Part shown: positions 56,382 to 64,000 of the stretch, piece by piece
How the letters are laid out: every line of letters starts with the position of its first letter
How positions within the stretch are numbered: the first letter of the stretch is position 1
Assembly: GCA_030694965.1 (NCBI GenBank)
Contig: JAUYTZ010000018.1
Coordinates: 303,757-367,756 of the forward strand
Origin: Candidatus Paracaedibacteraceae bacterium
GTDB taxonomy: Bacteria > Pseudomonadota > Alphaproteobacteria > Paracaedibacterales > CAIOTO01
DNA: 64,000 nt
Direction of reading: 5' to 3'
Notes under the pieces: model-generated
What the model was told of the DNA's origin: nothing
The model's database searches: none
What the model saw: only the letters and a program-made list of their open reading frames with translations
Program-made: the position numbers and the translations under genes

Positions 56382-57082
56382 GGAGCTGACACCTGACTTA
56401 TAAAAAGCTGGGGGTATCTGTATGTATATAAAACATTAAAAACTCTCACGTTTTGAGCAACTTCGTTTTTATAAAAATAGATGCGCTTGCTCAACGGCTG
56501 CTGACTTAGTCGGTGTATATGGTAATTCAGCCATCCGATTTTTTCACAAATTGCGAAAGAAGCTTGCTCTCAACCAGCAAAATCGAAGCGAGCAGTTTTG
56601 TGGAAAGATTGAACTTGATAAAAGTTATTTTGTAGGTGCCCGTAAAAAAAACAGAGAACGTGGAGCGGCAGGGAAAGTGGCTGTTTTTAGTATCTTAAAA
56701 CGCGGTGCAAAAGTTTACACGCAAGTCATTAGTAATGCGAAAACATCAACGTTAATGCCTGTTATTCGTGAGAAACTAGTACCTGATAGTATTGTGTACA
56801 CAGATTGTTATCGATTATATAATACATTAGATGTTTTTGAATTTAAGCATTTCCGAATTAATTATTCAGAGCTGTTTTGCGTATAAGCATAACCACATTA
56901 ATGAGATTGAAAATTTTAGGAATCAAGCAAAACGCCATCTTAGAAAATATAATGTGATCTCTAAGCATCATTTGCATCTTTATAGATTAAGAGTGCGAAT
57001 GGCGGTTTAATATAGGATCACCAAAAGAGCTTTTAAAAGATTTTAAACCGATTTTAAAAGAGCCTTGTTAGGTGTCAGCCCC
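56382..57082 (+). mobile_element. decayed IS1595-family insertion sequence (transposase pseudogene with terminal inverted repeats)
   Basis: IRs: ggagctgacacct (56382-56394) versus the reverse complement of aggtgtcagcccc (57070-57082), 12/13. The ORF reads GKIELDKSYFVGARKKNRERGAAGKVAVFSILKRGAKVYT...PDSIVYTDCYRLY...HFRINYS. After the stop it continues as HINEIENFRNQAKRHLRKYN..., then ECEWRFN in another frame. The N-terminal zinc-ribbon part is missing. Confidence 0.7.
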
Positions 57083-57142
57083 TAAAATAATACTCTTAAT
57101 GCAAAATCTATAAGTTTTTGGTTGTAAGTTAGAAATAAATGG

Positions 57143-57172
57143 CAAAAAAAACCAACTTATTATAAAGTTGGT
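57143..57172 (-). terminator. rho-independent terminator after rpsT
   Basis: Minus strand: accaactt-tataat-aagttggt followed by ttttttttt. Confidence 0.75.
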
Positions 57173-57199
57173 CTTTTGTTTGCTTAGATTAGATAAAAA

Positions 57200-57472
57200 T
57201 TAAGCAATAGCTTTAATTTTTTTTGCCAACCGTGATACTTTGCGAGCAGCTGTATTCTTGTGCATCATGCCTTTGCTAACACCGCGCATTAATTGACGCT
57301 CAGCTTCAACAAGAGCCACTTGAGCTGTTGCTTGATCGATTGCTTTTGGTGATTCGAGCATGCGTTCAACTTTACGAACTTCTGTACGAATACGTGAAAC
57401 ACGGTTTTTATTAACAAGCGTTTGGCGTGCTGTTTTACGAATGCATTTCTGTGCAGACTTATGGGATGCCAT
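57200..57472 (-). CDS. rpsT: 30S ribosomal protein S20
   Basis: MASHKSAQKCIRKTARQTLVNKNRVSRIRT is typical of S20. 90 aa. Confidence 0.95.
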   Translation of the reverse strand: MASHKSAQKCIRKTARQTLVNKNRVSRIRTEVRKVERMLESPKAIDQATAQVALVEAERQLMRGVSKGMMHKNTAARKVSRLAKKIKAIA

Positions 57473-57651
57473 GAAATATCCTTTTTCAATGCGTTATAAG
57501 TATAACTTTTAGTGAATGTTCGCATGTTATGCTAAAGAAGTCAAGTTTTTCGAAGCTAAATTATTATGTTTTAGTAATTAATTTTTTAGATCATATGTAC
57601 GTTATATTCATAAAGCTTATTTGCGAGATTGGTATGTGTAAATGAACTTTT

Positions 57652-59142
57652 TTAAAAATAGAGTAAAGAAGCTGCAACATAAGATGTCCATGCAATCAGA
57701 GGGTTTGGATAAAATATTAGGCTTAATAAAGTAGCGACTAATCCATAAGCTACAATTAAGCTTTCAGCACCAGATGTTTTCAGACTAGCTATATCTGTAT
57801 GTTCATTTAAAGGCTGATCAATGAAAATAGCTTTAATAAAAAGAAGATAGTAGGCGGCTGCAATGACACTGTAGAGAACCGCAACAATAGAAAGAGCATA
57901 GTGACCTTGATGAACAGTAGCTTGAATTATCATAAGTTTTGGCAAAAACCCTGGCATGGGAGGAATTCCCATAAGTGAGAAAACAAAAAAGCCAAGGCAA
58001 AATGAAATAATTGGATGATGCTTGCCTAATCCATTTAAGTCTGCAAGCGTGCTTAGTGCATGTCCTCGACGTGATAAATGCACCAGGCAAGCCATAAAAC
58101 CAATCATTGTAATAAGGTAATATACGAGAAAGAGAAGAGTAACGTGGTAGCCTTCTCCAACTGCAAGATAGACCCCAATTAAAGCAAAACCTATTTGTCC
58201 AATAGAGCTATATGCAATAAAACGTTTTATAGATTGCTGTGTAAGAGCAGCAAAAGCGCCAATAAGCATAGATCCCACTGAAAGAATCAAAAAGATGATT
58301 GATGCATGTGGCATCAAATGATGAAATGGGCCAGTGATGAGGCGCAATACAATGATAAATGCAACAAACTTTGGGACTGTGGAAAGAAACGATAATACAG
58401 GGGTCGGCGTTCCTTGATACACATCAGGTGCCCACATATGAAATGGAGCTGCTGAAACCTTAAAGGCAATGCCTGATATGACTAACATAAAACCCATAAT
58501 AAGATAAGGCATTCGCTCTGTGGTGTGTGCGCTTAAAAATCGTTCAAGTACTTCATAATTTGTTGTGCCTGAGTAGCCATAAATCCAGCTTGCGCCATAT
58601 AGGAAGATGCCAGTGGCTAGAGCACTTAGAATAAAATATTTAAGACTGGCTTCGCTGGCTTTTAAGTCTTTACGTTTAAGTGCAATAAGAATGTAAAGAC
58701 TAAGACTCATCAGTTCAAGAGCAACAAATAATGAAAGCAAGTCATTGGCTGATATCATCAATAGCATGGCAAGTGTGCTAGTGAGAGTTAAAATAGGATA
58801 TTCAAAAAAAGCCAGCTCTGTTTGAATAAGAGAGGAACGTATCATGGCAAGAATAAGGCCTACGCCTGATATAACAAAAATTTTTGCATAGATACTAAAA
58901 ACATCACTTATGAATAAGCCATTAAAAGTAACGCGAGCCATCGTTGTGTGATTTAATAAAAAACTTACTTTTAACGTAAGCAAGAACGTAATGACAATGC
59001 CTATAATTGAGCCAATATATGTTGCTCGAAAAGCATGTCGTCCTGCAAAAAGTCCAACAAGCGTTAAACAAAGAATCCATATAGCAAGAAAAATTTCAGC
59101 TTGAGCTGACACAAAAGAGGGAAGATGAATTTGCCAAGGCAT
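57652..59142 (-). CDS. nuoN: NADH-quinone oxidoreductase subunit N
   Basis: 14-TM antiporter-like subunit with SAAPFHMWAPDVYQGTPTPV. The N-terminus is typical of NuoN rather than NuoL/M. Confidence 0.85.
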   Translation of the reverse strand: MPWQIHLPSFVSAQAEIFLAIWILCLTLVGLFAGRHAFRATYIGSIIGIVITFLLTLKVSFLLNHTTMARVTFNGLFISDVFSIYAKIFVISGVGLILAMIRSSLIQTELAFFEYPILTLTSTLAMLLMISANDLLSLFVALELMSLSLYILIALKRKDLKASEASLKYFILSALATGIFLYGASWIYGYSGTTNYEVLERFLSAHTTERMPYLIMGFMLVISGIAFKVSAAPFHMWAPDVYQGTPTPVLSFLSTVPKFVAFIIVLRLITGPFHHLMPHASIIFLILSVGSMLIGAFAALTQQSIKRFIAYSSIGQIGFALIGVYLAVGEGYHVTLLFLVYYLITMIGFMACLVHLSRRGHALSTLADLNGLGKHHPIISFCLGFFVFSLMGIPPMPGFLPKLMIIQATVHQGHYALSIVAVLYSVIAAAYYLLFIKAIFIDQPLNEHTDIASLKTSGAESLIVAYGLVATLLSLIFYPNPLIAWTSYVAASLLYF

Positions 59143-59471
59143 GAGAGCGTAACTTTAATTTTTTAAGAAATACATAACACTATCCTATAAGGGGATTTTA
59201 ATAGTTGCAATGGTTTATCCGAATCAATCGTCTGCATCTTAGAATTCCTGTTTTAATATTTTTTTGGCTTTAATTAGAAAAGCTTTGGCAGTTTTAAAGA
59301 AAATATCTGCTAGCTTTTTAGAAAAAATACTTAATGTGCTGTTTTTAACAACAAAAATGCCTGAGTTAAACTAGAACGCGACAAGAGTCAAGGAACAGTG
59401 TAATAAAACATTTGTAATTACTTGCTTTCACCTAAAGAATGTTTTATTTTAAAAAATTAATTTAAAGAACA

Positions 59472-60686
59472 ATGTGGATAATTAAAGTGTTTCCAAGAAA
59501 AATAGATTATTTAGGTCTATTAAAAAATATTCCTCTTCAACTTGTACTAAGCATAATTTTTTCGATGCTAATTGCTGATAAGCTTAGCTTAAACACAGTG
59601 CGATTTTTTTACACAATCAGTTTCTGTTTTATTGAAATCTTATTATTTGTTCTGCCAGTGATCGTTTTTAGTTTTATTTTAAGAGCACTTTTAGGGCTTA
59701 AAAATGGCTCAATTTTATTATTGCTTTTAATTTTTATTGGTGTAACGTTTTCAAATTGTATTGCATTAACAACTTCCTATTTCTTTAGCAAAACATTCTT
59801 ACCTTTTATTGGGTTGCAATTTAGTCCAAATTTTGCTGCAAAACTTTCATCTGATGTAACGACTTTATTTACTTTTGGGTTGCCTAATATCATTAGAACT
59901 GAACAAGCGCTTCTTGCAGGTATTGCCAGCGGAATATCGTTAAATTTATTTAAGGAAGGTAATCTATTCAAAGCAATGCTTAAAAATAAATCTATTTGGT
60001 TAAGTGATAAAATAAGTTTGGTTCTTACAAATATTTTTATACCGTTACTTCCTTTTTATGTTTTTGGCTTTTGCTTAAAACTAAGCCATGATAAAGCGCT
60101 TGCTCATCTATTTCAGCAATATGGAAAAGTATTTTTGTTAAGTCTTTTTTTGCTTGCTGTGTATCTTTTTTGCATGTATTTAATTGCATCAAAAGGTAAT
60201 TTTAGAAAGGCCTTTTATTATATTAAAATAATGCTGCCAGCTGGTCTTGCAGGGTTTTGTACAATGTCTTCGGCGGCAACTATGCCTGTTACATTACGTT
60301 GCGCTGAGGCTGCAACAAAGAATAAAAATTTTACAGATCTTGTTATTCCATCGACGGCAAATATTCATATGCTTGGTGATGATTTGACAATTATTGTTAT
60401 GGCAATGACTTTGATGTCTGTTTTTGGTATTTCTTGGCCAGATTTCATAACATTTCTACCATTTGCTTTTGCCTTTTCAGTTGCAAAGCTATCTTGTGTG
60501 GGGATTCCTGGAGCAAGTGTCTTTGTTGTTCTTCCTATTCTTCAAACATATTTGAATTTCTCACCAGAAATGCTAAGCATTTTAACAACTATTTATGTGT
60601 TGCAAGATCCTTTTGGAACGGCATCTAACGTGATGGGAAATGGCTCTTTTACATTGATTTTGGATCGCATTTACAATAAATCATGA
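59472..60686 (+). CDS. dicarboxylate/amino acid:cation symporter (DAACS/SDF family)
   Basis: Polytopic protein with the family's hairpin motif SSAATMPVT and a C-terminal DPFGTASNVMGN block. Confidence 0.7.
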   Translation: MWIIKVFPRKIDYLGLLKNIPLQLVLSIIFSMLIADKLSLNTVRFFYTISFCFIEILLFVLPVIVFSFILRALLGLKNGSILLLLLIFIGVTFSNCIALTTSYFFSKTFLPFIGLQFSPNFAAKLSSDVTTLFTFGLPNIIRTEQALLAGIASGISLNLFKEGNLFKAMLKNKSIWLSDKISLVLTNIFIPLLPFYVFGFCLKLSHDKALAHLFQQYGKVFLLSLFLLAVYLFCMYLIASKGNFRKAFYYIKIMLPAGLAGFCTMSSAATMPVTLRCAEAATKNKNFTDLVIPSTANIHMLGDDLTIIVMAMTLMSVFGISWPDFITFLPFAFAFSVAKLSCVGIPGASVFVVLPILQTYLNFSPEMLSILTTIYVLQDPFGTASNVMGNGSFTLILDRIYNKS

Positions 60687-60782
60687 CTCGCCTAGAAATC
60701 TAAATTCTTCTCTTTTAACTTCATGTTAATAATTTTGCTATAAAAATGAATTTAAGTGGTCAAATTGTTAATGTGATTTTTT

Positions 60783-62273
60783 ATGAAAAATAATATAAAT
60801 TTACTGAATCCTGTAAAATTTTATGCGATATTAAGTTTATTAGGAACGTGTTCAAGCGTGTATTCAGCTGCTTCGGCAGTAGCAAGTGGTTCAACTCAGC
60901 AAGCTTTTTCTCCATCATTGCCCTTATTGCCAGCATCTTTGCAAGCTGGCGCTTCTAGTCTTCCTGTTGGTCGTGGCGGTAATAATGGTGTGTCTGATCA
61001 ACGAGTGAGCGTGCAAGCACCTCCTATTAATCCAGATGAGCAAGCTGCATTGATTGCTTCTTTAAAAAAAGAAAATGAAGAAGAGAGATTGCAAATTGTG
61101 CGACTTAAAAAACAAGTACTTGAAGCAAAGGCTGCTACGGCTTATTTCGCTGATGTTGCCGATAATCCCCAAAAAGTTCCTACGCCAATAAATGGTGGTA
61201 TTGTTGCTGCAGCTAGTTCAGGTCCTATTGGTGGTGGTGTATCAAATGCAACAGCTGCTCCAACTGGCACCGCTGTTTCAACTGGTACAGCAGCTCCAAC
61301 TGCTGCAACAGCTCCAACTGGTACGGCAGCTTCAACTGCTGCAACAGCTCCAACTGGTACGGCAGCTTCAACTGCTCCAACTGGCACCGCTGTTTCAACT
61401 GGTACAGCAGCTCCAACTACTGCAACAGCTCCAACTACTGCAACAGCTCCAACTGCTGCAACAGCTCCAACTGGTACGGCAGCTGCAACAGCTCCAACTG
61501 GCACCGCTGTTTCAACTGGTACAGCAGCTCCAACTACTGCAACAGCTCCAACTGCTGCAACAGCTCCAACTGGCACCGCTGTTTCAACTGGTACAGCAGC
61601 TCCAACTACTGCAACAGCTCCAACTACTTCAACAGCTCCAACTGGTACCGCTGTTTCAACTGGTACGGCAGCTCCAACTACTTCAACAGCTCCAACTGGT
61701 ACCGCTGTTTCAACTGGTACGGCAGCTCCAACTACTTCAACAGCTCCAACAGCTCCAACTACTTCAACTGGTGCAACAGCTCCAACTACTTCAACTGGTG
61801 CAACAGCTCTAACTGCTACAGCAGCTCCAACTGGCACAGCAGCTCCAGTTGGTACGATAGCTTCAACTGGCACAGCGAGTACAGCTGGCACAGCTCCTTC
61901 TGCGGTCAACGCTGCTTCAAATGCTTCAATAAATAACGTGAATTCAAATAGTGATCTTACAAATAAAACCAATCAAAATAATCAGGAAGTTATTGCTAAA
62001 TTAAAATCAGATGTTGCTAAGTTAAAATTACGATTGAAAGCAATTGAATCAAAATTAAGTATTATACCAACTTTTTCTAAAAACTCAATCGTTTCCTCTG
62101 GTTCCGTCATGCCTGTAAATGGTTTAACGCCAAATTCAGTTGATTCCCAATCAGTAAGTGCAGGAAGTTCTGCGCCAAGCGCTAGTCCTTCTGCCGCTTC
62201 TGCAGTGGGGACAGTTAGCGTTACTAATAGCTCCACAGCACCTGCTATGCCAGTGGCTCGTGTAGGAGCTTAA
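60783..62273 (+). CDS. secreted Ala/Thr/Pro-rich tandem-repeat protein flanked by coiled-coil segments
   Basis: Signal peptide ...LLGTCSSVYSAAS. Coiled-coil stretches LKKENEEERLQIVRLKKQVLEAKAA and IAKLKSDVAKLKLRLKAIESKL flank about 200 aa of APTGTAVSTGTAAPT(T/A)AT-type repeats. Confidence 0.65.
   Translation: MKNNINLLNPVKFYAILSLLGTCSSVYSAASAVASGSTQQAFSPSLPLLPASLQAGASSLPVGRGGNNGVSDQRVSVQAPPINPDEQAALIASLKKENEEERLQIVRLKKQVLEAKAATAYFADVADNPQKVPTPINGGIVAAASSGPIGGGVSNATAAPTGTAVSTGTAAPTAATAPTGTAASTAATAPTGTAASTAPTGTAVSTGTAAPTTATAPTTATAPTAATAPTGTAAATAPTGTAVSTGTAAPTTATAPTAATAPTGTAVSTGTAAPTTATAPTTSTAPTGTAVSTGTAAPTTSTAPTGTAVSTGTAAPTTSTAPTAPTTSTGATAPTTSTGATALTATAAPTGTAAPVGTIASTGTASTAGTAPSAVNAASNASINNVNSNSDLTNKTNQNNQEVIAKLKSDVAKLKLRLKAIESKLSIIPTFSKNSIVSSGSVMPVNGLTPNSVDSQSVSAGSSAPSASPSAASAVGTVSVTNSSTAPAMPVARVGA
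61248..61890 (+). repeat. imperfect in-frame tandem repeats (basic 9-nt gc(a/t)ccaact(g/a) / ggtacagca units nested in ~54-nt units)
   Basis: gctccaactggcaccgctgtttcaactggtacagcagctccaactactgcaaca recurs many times with point variants. All six frames stay open across it. Confidence 0.85.
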
Positions 62274-62365
62274 AGCAAAAAGCAAAATATTTTTTATAGA
62301 TAATTCATGCCTAAAAAAATTATCTATGTAAGACATCATCTTTGAACTAAATATTGACAAAAAAA

Positions 62366-62396
62366 ATAGAGTTGATGAGAATCAGCTCTATTTTTA
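62366..62396. terminator. bidirectional terminator between the repeat-protein gene and rplS
   Basis: aaaaaaaa-atagagttgat-gaga-atcagctctat-ttttattt. Confidence 0.7.
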
Positions 62397-62423
62397 TTTA
62401 ATTTTAAGTTAAATGTATAAGAT

Positions 62424-62822
62424 TTACGCTTTAGTTTTTTTAGGCTCTGTGGCTGGTCTTTTGATATCGCGACGGCGTTCAGCAATACGAGCACTCTTGC
62501 CTGTGCGACCGCGAAGGTAATACAATTTCGCACGGCATACATCGCCATGACGGATTACTTCAATACGAATGTTTGGAGAGTATAGTGGAAATACGCGTTC
62601 TACGCCTTCTCCGTATGATAATTTACGTACTCTGAAAGATGAGTTGATGCCACGGTTTTTACGACCAAGAACAACACCTTCATATGGCTGAATACGTTCA
62701 CGTTCGCCTTCTACAACTTTTACGTGTACACGAACGGTATCGCCTGCGCGAAAGTCAGGAATTTCTTTTCCTGTTGATAATTTTAGAAGTTGAGCATGTT
62801 CAACTTTTTGCAAAATATTCAT
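62424..62822 (-). CDS. rplS: 50S ribosomal protein L19
   Basis: [31 protein letters not shown] is typical of L19. Confidence 0.95.
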   Translation of the reverse strand: MNILQKVEHAQLLKLSTGKEIPDFRAGDTVRVHVKVVEGERERIQPYEGVVLGRKNRGINSSFRVRKLSYGEGVERVFPLYSPNIRIEVIRHGDVCRAKLYYLRGRTGKSARIAERRRDIKRPATEPKKTKA

Positions 62823-63055
62823 TTTAAAGATCCTTTGGCAGTGAACTCAACATTTCTATTGGTTCTCTGATAATTTTATGTTTGTAAGCAAAACAAACAT
62901 TTCATTTTTATTTTACCTACTGATTTGTAAGCTATGCAGCTTTTTTTATATAGTTGGTCACCCGACAGTAGAATTTCAGGCACGACCATATTTGCCAAAT
63001 GCGATAACAGTATACCTCAAAAAAAATAAAAAAGCGAACATATTTTTATTCAGAT

Positions 63056-63652
63056 TTAAAACTTTGCTAGCTTTTGCAAAGAGAGTCGTAACAGGTCGGA
63101 TGAGGTCGCCGTAGTTGGTGCTTCTTTTACTGCGAGTTGCAGCGCATTATGAGCTTCTGATCTTCCATATCCTAAGTTAACCAATCCCAAAAGTGCATCA
63201 TGGGATGGGATTGATTTTAATGCAATGGTTGTCTCAATGTTAAGATTGGGCGCTGATAAGCGATCTTTTAGCTCAAGCACAATGCGGCCTGCAAGCTTTG
63301 GTCCTACGCCATCAGCTCGAGTTAGCATTGTTTTATCTTGCGCTGAAATCGCAAGCATTAATTCATCTGGAGTGAGGACTGATAAGATTGCCAATGCTAC
63401 CCGCACACCGACACCTTGCACGTTTAAAAGCTGGCGAAAGCAAAGTCTGTCTGTCTTTTCAATAAAACCACACAACTGCGTTATTTCTTGACGCGTGACT
63501 TGTTCAATCCAAAGAGTTGCACGTGCGCCTGTATCGCCTAGTTGTGTAAGTGATTTGTTTGACATAATCACCCAATAGCCGACGCCATTGACATCGATAA
63601 TGAGTCCATCATTTTCAATAGAGTCAATAATTCCGGTTAGCTTTGCAATCAT
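63056..63652 (-). CDS. ruvA: Holliday junction DNA helicase RuvA
   Basis: MIAKLTGII...VNGVGYWV OB domain, two HhH motifs (LLNVQGVGVRVALAIL, LTRADGVGPKLAGRI), and C-terminal domain III. Confidence 0.92.
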   Translation of the reverse strand: MIAKLTGIIDSIENDGLIIDVNGVGYWVIMSNKSLTQLGDTGARATLWIEQVTRQEITQLCGFIEKTDRLCFRQLLNVQGVGVRVALAILSVLTPDELMLAISAQDKTMLTRADGVGPKLAGRIVLELKDRLSAPNLNIETTIALKSIPSHDALLGLVNLGYGRSEAHNALQLAVKEAPTTATSSDLLRLSLQKLAKF

Positions 63653-63899
63653 GGCCCATTAATCTTTTTTGTTTGTTTGGGTTTAAGGTACGCTGGTTAG
63701 TTGCAAAATAATATGAAAAAGATGATATTGTAGCCTCTTTTTAAATATCTTTATATGTAATGCTTTTGGGCCAAAATCTTATTTAATTATCTTTATGCTG
63801 GAAACTTTAATAAAACCATTAAAAACCATTGACATAAAGGATTGAAAAATCATATAAATTAGTATGTCACTTTGTTTCATGCGTATGAAACGGGTAGCC

Positions 63900-63985
63900 G
63901 GAGAGATGGCCGAGTGGTTAAAGGCAACAGACTGTAAATCTGTCGACGTATGTCTACGTAGGTTCGAACCCTACTCTCTCCACCA
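63900..63985 (+). tRNA. tRNA-Tyr (anticodon GUA), long variable arm, CCA encoded
   Basis: Manual fold: acceptor GGAGAGA/TCTCTCC, anticodon stem ACAGA/TCTGT with loop CTGTAAA, variable arm acgta-tgtc-tacgt, T arm GTAGG-TTCGAAC-CCTAC. Confidence 0.9.
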
Positions 63986-64000
63986 CAATCTTATGCGGGT

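Noticed and set aside
61248-61890. Repeat array considered as a CRISPR locus
   Set aside because: The repeats are contiguous with no unique spacers, are in-frame inside a CDS, are not partially palindromic 28-37-mers, and no cas genes are present.
61142-61972. Long ORFs on both strands and in alternative frames across the Ala/Thr/Pro repeat (276 aa on the minus strand, 206 aa on the plus strand, and others)
   Set aside because: They are artefacts of stop-free repetitive sequence. Only the 60783-62273 frame has a signal peptide, non-repetitive flanks and a terminator.

Overview
AT-rich alphaproteobacterial chromosome segment. The taxon guess (Rickettsiales/Holosporales-like endosymbiont lineage) rests only on the DnaK/DnaJ, PdhABC and NuoN sequences and the scrambled core gene order, so it is low confidence. 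The window has two parts. (1) About 1-21.5 kb is an accessory block. Its core (1-16.75 kb) is a compact hybrid NRPS-PKS biosynthetic gene cluster: an ABC exporter, an Sfp-type PPTase, a KS-AT-T PKS, and a TauD-type oxygenase / LamG / esterase / P450 operon. A second operon encodes an APH-fold kinase, a VOC protein, a GT2 glycosyltransferase, an A-T-C NRPS and an IMPase-family protein. The two multi-gene operons carry a homologous upstream leader/promoter module (core 28/29 nt identical) in the same orientation relative to each operon, and no regulator gene is visible. Next to the cluster lie an orphan 538-aa polytopic membrane protein, a secreted GH20 hexosaminidase and an SDR. (2) About 22.5-64 kb is housekeeping: tgt, pfk, beta-carbonic anhydrase, dnaK-dnaJ, HIT, ispB, hemW, gpsA, pdhABC, rarA, fabI, an Omp85/TamA-like protein, mlaF-like, msbA-like, corC-ybeY-ybeZ, recR, tRNA-Lys(CUU), trkH, rpsT, nuoN, a DAACS symporter, rplS, ruvA and tRNA-Tyr(GUA). 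This part is interrupted by a gene-poor decayed locus at 34.4-37.3 kb (IS982-like transposase fragment, a 46-bp inverted-repeat MITE-like element, an effector-like ORF) and by a decayed IS1595-family element at 56.4-57.1 kb. It also holds two secreted tandem-repeat proteins and an orphan MotA/ExbB-like stator protein. No CRISPR array, prophage, rRNA or recognisable defence system was seen. All calls come from reading motifs by eye; no searches or computations were run.
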